A DNA stretch of 64,000 bases, taken from the NCBI GenBank assembly GCA_030141605.1, contig JAQGDQ010000279.1, positions 1-64,000 on the forward strand, in the 5' to 3' direction. The stretch comes from Tubiluchus corallicola (Eukaryota; Animalia; Priapulida). The position numbers were made by a program, and so were the translations under genes. Under the pieces are notes generated by a model. It ran no database searches. It was not told the DNA's origin and saw only the letters and a program-made list of their open reading frames with translations. Positions 58,038 through 64,000 of the stretch are shown piece by piece (within the stretch, counting starts at the first letter, position 1; every line of letters starts with the position of its first letter).

Positions 58038-58596
58038 AACAACACATGAAAATCAATATGTAATTTTGAACAACATTGTTAGCTAGCTAGCCAAAGTTGA
58101 ATCATTGTTTGGTATTATTATTCAAATGTGCAATTATTAATTCAGCTGATGTGTTGTCGAATCAGAAAGATTGTAGTCTGAATATTGTTTGTGCGCACAT
58201 TCATGCTAAAGTTAACTCTGCCATCTAGCACATTTTTGGCATGGTGTCAAAGTCATGCTTTCTGGCTCTTTGCCAAGACGAGTTAGATCACAGTTGTAAT
58301 GATTCTTTAAAAGCTGTTTACTCCGTTTAACTTTTTACAAAGCATTGTTTACAAGCCAAAAGCCAGTTTGCAATGAAAGAAACAATTCTGTACATATTTG
58401 ACTTTCAAATGGTTGTGAACGAAGCTTAACTACACCAAAGCTTTTGTGCCATTGACTTCCTCTTGATGCTGAAATATTGTAAAATTTATTGAACCTTGCT
58501 GAGTTGATATAATTGACTGTTTTGTACATAGCGACCTGATTGTTGTAAGATTATTATTTATAACCGGGTCTTGCAATGCTGTAATAATTGCATAAA

Positions 58597-58602
58597 AATA
58601 AA
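58597..58602 (+). terminator. Candidate polyadenylation signal for Rit
   Basis: AATAAA followed by T/GT-rich sequence. Position inferred only. Confidence 0.3.
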
Positions 58603-59080
58603 CACCAATTTAGTCATTTTTCTTCTGTGTTGTACTGTCTTTTTTATAAATGTATCGCTGACTCAAGTTTAAAAAACTATTACTTAAGTACTTAGCTAGA
58701 AAGTTGTTAACTTTTCCATAATATTAATGAAATAGCATAACAATATTGTGATTTTTTTTGGATGATTAATGTTGTGTGATACCAACAAGAAGCATATTTG
58801 TTATGTTAATGACTGCAGTAGGACAGGAACGTAGCTCTAAATCTAAAATGAGCCAGTGAATTAGCAGTGGTGTCTTGGTTTACATACTCAATAAGAGAAA
58901 CAGCTAGAGGCAGTGTGACAGATGAAATTCCACAGAATGGTCGCTCATCTGTTTACTAATCAGGCCCAGCATTATTTTACTTTAGTTGCTCACTGGTGTG
59001 ACAAGTTATTATCCTTGCTTTACACCAGCATTTCTGGCTGCACAAAGAAACTACGAATGGTATTTGTTTAGTTACAATAG

Positions 59081-59086
59081 TTTATT
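59081..59086 (-). terminator. Candidate polyadenylation signal for INTS3
   Basis: AATAAA on the minus strand about 385 nt past the INTS3 stop. Confidence 0.4.
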
Positions 59087-59469
59087 ACACAAAAGAGTTT
59101 TTACATAATTGACTTATTGCTGTGTGTTAGCTGCAGCTTATGGTCTATGCTACAAATTCGACAGTTTTGCTTATGCTCATTGCAACTTACAGTGCTGAAA
59201 TACACAGGCAACAAGAATTAAAAATATGCAGGATTATGCAGATTAGCTCTGCATACAGTGAATAGGTCAAGCCGTCAGGCTAGAATTTCTTGAATGACGT
59301 ATCAACAAAAAGGGTGGAAAAATACAAAAGCTGTTACAGACTCCGCTTGTAAAGTGTGGCCAGTTTGAATATAAAACTACTACAATTCTCACAATTATCA
59401 TAATCAAATGATCGGGTAGAAAATTTACAGCTTCTTACAGTTTATATACAAATCTGTACAAATATGTGG

Positions 59470-62400
59470 TCAATCGCTATCTGAGCCCAACAATGATGCT
59501 TTTTTTCGTTTCTTCGCCTTTGGCTTTACTAAAACCTCATCGTCCTGCAATAAAATAAAACATTATAAACAAATCTTAGTTGAAAACAGAAAAATGAGTA
59601 AAAACTAGCAGAGACCTGCATTTGAACTATGGATTACAAATGCCTAACCAGTAGAATGTACAGTCTTGCATTCAAGGAGCTGGACTTGTTTAACAAAAGT
59701 TTCTCGCTCAAATCCAGGTCAGTACCAACTTTTAAACCCTTCGTGCCTTAATGTCGTTTGATTTCACTTTGAAAGTGTGGATTTGCTCCACATCTTTTTA
59801 AAGGTGTTTTAGTAAATCACAAGACCATCCACTTAGTGTAAGCAAGAAGGATATGCTTTTACTTTTATCTTTTTTCCAAAAATAAAACATACCTCGCTGC
59901 TACTTGAATCGCTGTCTGCTCGATTACGATTAGACAGTTTTCCACTAGTGCTGGACGAGCCGGATGTGCCTTTTCCACGGGTACCTCTCAATGACCGGGT
60001 GTTTGTCGTCTTTATGTCGTCGATGTATTCAGTCAGCGCCAACAAGTCGCTAAACCTGGAGGAAAATTTTAACTGGTTTAGCGAGTTTACAAATTAAAAT
60101 TAAGCTGTTGATTTGAAACCCATGCATAAACTTGGCTTTTGTTATTTTACAGATCTTTTACAAAACAGGTGAATAGATACCATTAGATATGCGATCAACA
60201 ATATATTTTATACAAGCAGTAGTATTAATTAGTATAATTATTTTTTGCTGCATATACTTACACAACGCCTTAGCGCAAATTTACCAGTGATTTTTTGGGT
60301 GGCTCACTTGCGAATGACTCTATAAAGCCGTTTATTTCACCATGATGCTGTTCTCATTGTTCGTGCAGTACAAAACTGTCACTTTTTCAAACAATGGGTA
60401 CCAGGTTTTCACAAAAATTCCATAAGCATGTGACAAGCAAATAAATCAGTGCTTCACATTCCGGATTAATTTATTCAAACTCAATCATAATTTAATTCAG
60501 AACCGCTTAAACCAAATATTCAAGTTTAATGCAGGCAAATGGTTCCGGTCCATCCAACATTCTTTCAACTAAGATCGTCTGTTTATTTGCAAGCAGTTTG
60601 GCACTCTTCATGCGTGCTTAATCTTCTAAGATTCAAAAGTCGCAACCAGTTTAGTGTAGATGGTTGTGGCAAAACTGGAGACTTCTTCAAGGATGATCCT
60701 CTAAGATGAGATACTGAACTGGACGAGGCGTCTTTGCTACCTTTAGAACGTGTGTACAAGTACAATCCACAACAATGGAAATAGCCCAGCAGTAGTGTGG
60801 CAAATGAAAACTGCTCAGAACCATTCCTGGTGGTCACCCATCTGTTCACTGACAGGTTTCGGCATTGTTTAACTTCAGTCCCTAACTGCACAACGTGACC
60901 TCCAAAGCGGAATCGAGTGCAAAAATTTTATTCATCGTGTTTTAACATGTTCCATTAAGCTAATCTGTAAAACTGCAGAAATAAAATTAGCACTTACTTG
61001 GATTTTTGTCCTTCGGTGCACGTCAGCTGCACCTGTTGAAGTGCGTGCTGCACCAACTCATGAGTAAAAACTGAAATAATGACAGTCAAGATTAAAATCA
61101 CTGTCAAGCAGGCTTCCTGTTAATTTGCAGGAAAATTACGTCCGTTATTAAATTTTAGCAGAACCCGCATCGACGTTGGAAACATTATTAAATGATTTGT
61201 GCAGATTTAACAAACCAGAATGAAAGAAGCCATCAGAATGCCAGAAAATCCTGAAGAAATCAAATATTTGAGAACGAACACTTACAAGTTGTTGACTTCA
61301 ATGTCCGACGTAATTGTTCTAAATGGTAAAGAATTTGCACAACGGCGGGACCGGATGGCTTTCCTGTTTGCCTGTGAAAAATTAATTTAAGCCCTTTAAA
61401 GGATGACACCTAAAGGAAAAACACCTACTTATTCTACTAAATGGTCGGTTTCATTTTTTTAATAAAGTAGTTTTAGATAACAGTAGAAAAATACTCAAAT
61501 GTGATTAGTATATCATCTGGATTAGGACTACTGTTGAAAACAAAGGCTTTTGATTTTTATTTTAAAAATTTGTTTGATCAAAAGGTGGTTTTCAGACCAA
61601 AATAAATGCAGATAACATAGTACTGGGCAAGTTTCTATGTTAACTCAACCTAATACGGGTTGTTTTCAAATTATATAGACTTCAGAAAAAAGCCTATTAA
61701 AACTAGAATAGATAGCTCATTTAATGGATACTTACAGAATGCCAAGCAGAACTATCTACAGATTTATTCATTCATATAAAAAGTTGTATGTTCACTAATG
61801 AACCTGTTTGCTGGGTAAGCAATAAGAATAAAAACTATGCCTCGAGATACGCCATACTGGTATGTTTCTCGACAACCAAATTGCATTTTTGTGTGTGTGT
61901 GTGTGCGTTCGTGCATGTGTGAATGGATGTGCAGGTATGCAGGCTTGCGTGCAGATATTATATGTGTGCATTATGAATACGTATTATCCCCATTGTCTAT
62001 TGCAGTTTTTCTCCCTTTGCATTTGTGTTGTCTTTAGTATTTTTGTAATTTTTGTGTCAATGGAGAATTGAGTTTACCTGGCAGTTCCCTGTTAGGAGGA
62101 AAGTTAGGAGTCACTGGAGAGGTGAGTTTACTTGGCTGTGCTCTGTTGGAGATAAGGCAGGAGAGTAGCAGGCAAAACCTAAAACTGCCGAATTGAATTT
62201 CTCCCTCACTAAACTCTTTTGTGCTTTTTTGTTTTTATTGTTTATATTGACTCGTGTTGGCTTGTGCAATTACTTTTATTCGAATGTTTAGAATACATGC
62301 TTCAAAAAGGCACACTTTTCTTTATTAACCAGTTCTAAATATAAATAATTCGACAAAGTGGCAAAGAAGTGTACTCACTTGTCTCGCAACCGGTTCTTGC

Positions 62401-63320
62401 GCGGGGTAGACGTGTACGTCGTCAGTTGTATGGTCACAAGTTCTGCCAGTTTGTCCTCGTATTCCTGCGACCAGAACCGCAAAATCGACAAAGCAAACTG
62501 ATCACAGTTCTTACCATCTCTCTGCAGGACGTACTTTAAACTTTCTTGCGTCGGACTGAAATAAAAACAATGACTAATGATGTAATATTTGGATAATACT
62601 TTGAGTACTATGGTCAGATTTTAAGTTAGGGAAAGAAGGCGACACTTAAAACCAAAGGGCTTAATTTACATAATGCAAAATTAAACCTCTCTAGAAGGAA
62701 TACATAATCAACTTTAGGGTAAGGTCGGTGAAATACCCCTTGAAACAGCATTTTTTACTTGGAAAGATCAGCCAATTTTGGTCTGACACCAACTATTTTG
62801 AATAGGTTTATTGATTGAATTAAAGGACTAGTCAAAGTAATTTCTAATGATAATGCAATTCAATTCAACTCACTTTATTTCAGCATAAAATTGCCGCTAC
62901 TAAAAACAAATTAAATACATACACACAAAGCACTAAGTGCTATTAATTACATACAACAACAAAAAATATATTACCATGTTGATAGTGTGGGTTTTCTAAT
63001 GAAATACAAAAAAGAACAAAACTAATCATTTTTTTATTATTATTGACACTGATTTGGTGGAAAATTATGAATTAATAATAACATTAAAATCAAAACAAAA
63101 TGAGCAGTTTCTAAGGATGGATTATGCATGGATTATTATTTCACAACAAGCACGTACGCGCTCTGCTTGACTATCAACAGTAAACTTGTCAATGCCTCGG
63201 CATGCTGAGGATACTCCAGCTTTGGCAGAATGGGCAGCATATAATCCACAGGGATGTTATGAGCACTGATCAATGTCCACAAGCAATACTGTTCAAACGT
63301 CTCCCACTCCAGACTTGCAT
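59470..63320 (-). CDS. INTS3: Integrator complex subunit 3 (SOSS-A), last six coding exons; upstream exons lie beyond the window
   Basis: Exons: 63320-63158 (SLEWETFEQYCLW...AHNIP...HAEAL), 62555-62379, 61371-61286, 61070-60998, 60055-59893 (FSDLLAL), 59544-59470 (KKRKK...GSDSD*). These match the INTS3 C-terminus, including the terminal GSDSD. Confidence 0.95.
59590..59735. repeat. Decayed head-to-head tRNA-like palindrome in the last INTS3 intron
   Basis: GACCTGCATTTGAAC and GCTCAAATCCAGGTC are inverted B-box-like arms, each followed outward by a T-run on its own strand. Confidence 0.55.
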
Positions 63321-64000
63321 CTAGAAAGAAATGTTCAAATTGTTGCTAAAATTCAATTAAAAATACAATTGATTATCTTCTTTTTATACACCTCAGTATG
63401 TTACTTGGAAAGCTTTATTGATTAACATACCCAAATTGTTCTCACCTGGTCAATTCAGGTGTATTAATTAATTTATACTTTCACTGTTTAATCTTTCATA
63501 CTGGTATGTCTAGATTCCTTGCTTTTTCATTCTATCTAATGGTTTTTATTTAAACTTATTGGCTAAACCACTAATATTTTAGCTACTATGGTATCAACAC
63601 TCTTTTCAAATTAGCTGGCAACTAAGGACATCATTAATTAAGCTATTATATTTGATTTTTTACCTGCACACTTGTATATACTAATTTTAATTCCCTTCAT
63701 TTATATGTTCAGCAGGTTCAGGTGATGAGGCCTGAAGGGGGGATCTATTCTGACACTAGGAAAGGACATTTAACTTTTTTATGCATTCAAGAAAAGAAAA
63801 GTATTACATTTGCATACACTACAGCACAAGTGACATGTCTACTACCAAGAGCATATTGAATCTCAATAGATGATAAGGTCTAAAACTCTGTTATAAGTGT
63901 AAGGCTCACAAAACCTCAATGACTGAGAAACCACAGATTTCTGCAGCCACCCATCCAACTACTAACCATGGCAGATGCTGTTAAGTGCAACCTGGTTCAG

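Overview
AT-rich, intron-containing metazoan (invertebrate-like) genomic DNA, not prokaryotic. I reconstructed five spliced host genes by hand with canonical GT-AG junctions and consistent phases: a 5'-incomplete Rab5-group GTPase most like RabX1/Rab22/Rab31 (+, 6975-10736), SLC25A42 (-, 17396-25339), CALML4 (+, 27829-33135), a Rit/Rin/Ric GTPase (+, 36507-54280) and the 3' part of INTS3 (-, 59470 to beyond 63320). The rest is mostly mobile DNA: a Gypsy pol ORF with an atypical LADD RT motif, a Charlie/Buster-type hAT with TIRs and a perfect 8-bp TSD, Merlin and Tc1/mariner relics, LINE 3' ends, several MITE families, and micro- and minisatellites. The most unusual observations are: (i) recurrent head-to-head palindromes built from two tRNA-like Pol III units, (ii) a duplicated 3' splice site in Rit whose upstream copy would insert a premature stop, (iii) uORFs whose TGA overlaps the main ATG in two genes, (iv) a tail-to-tail TE pair in the Rit intron, and (v) a 30-bp minisatellite with higher-order structure that is stop-free on both strands. 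All calls are by eye; no searches were run.
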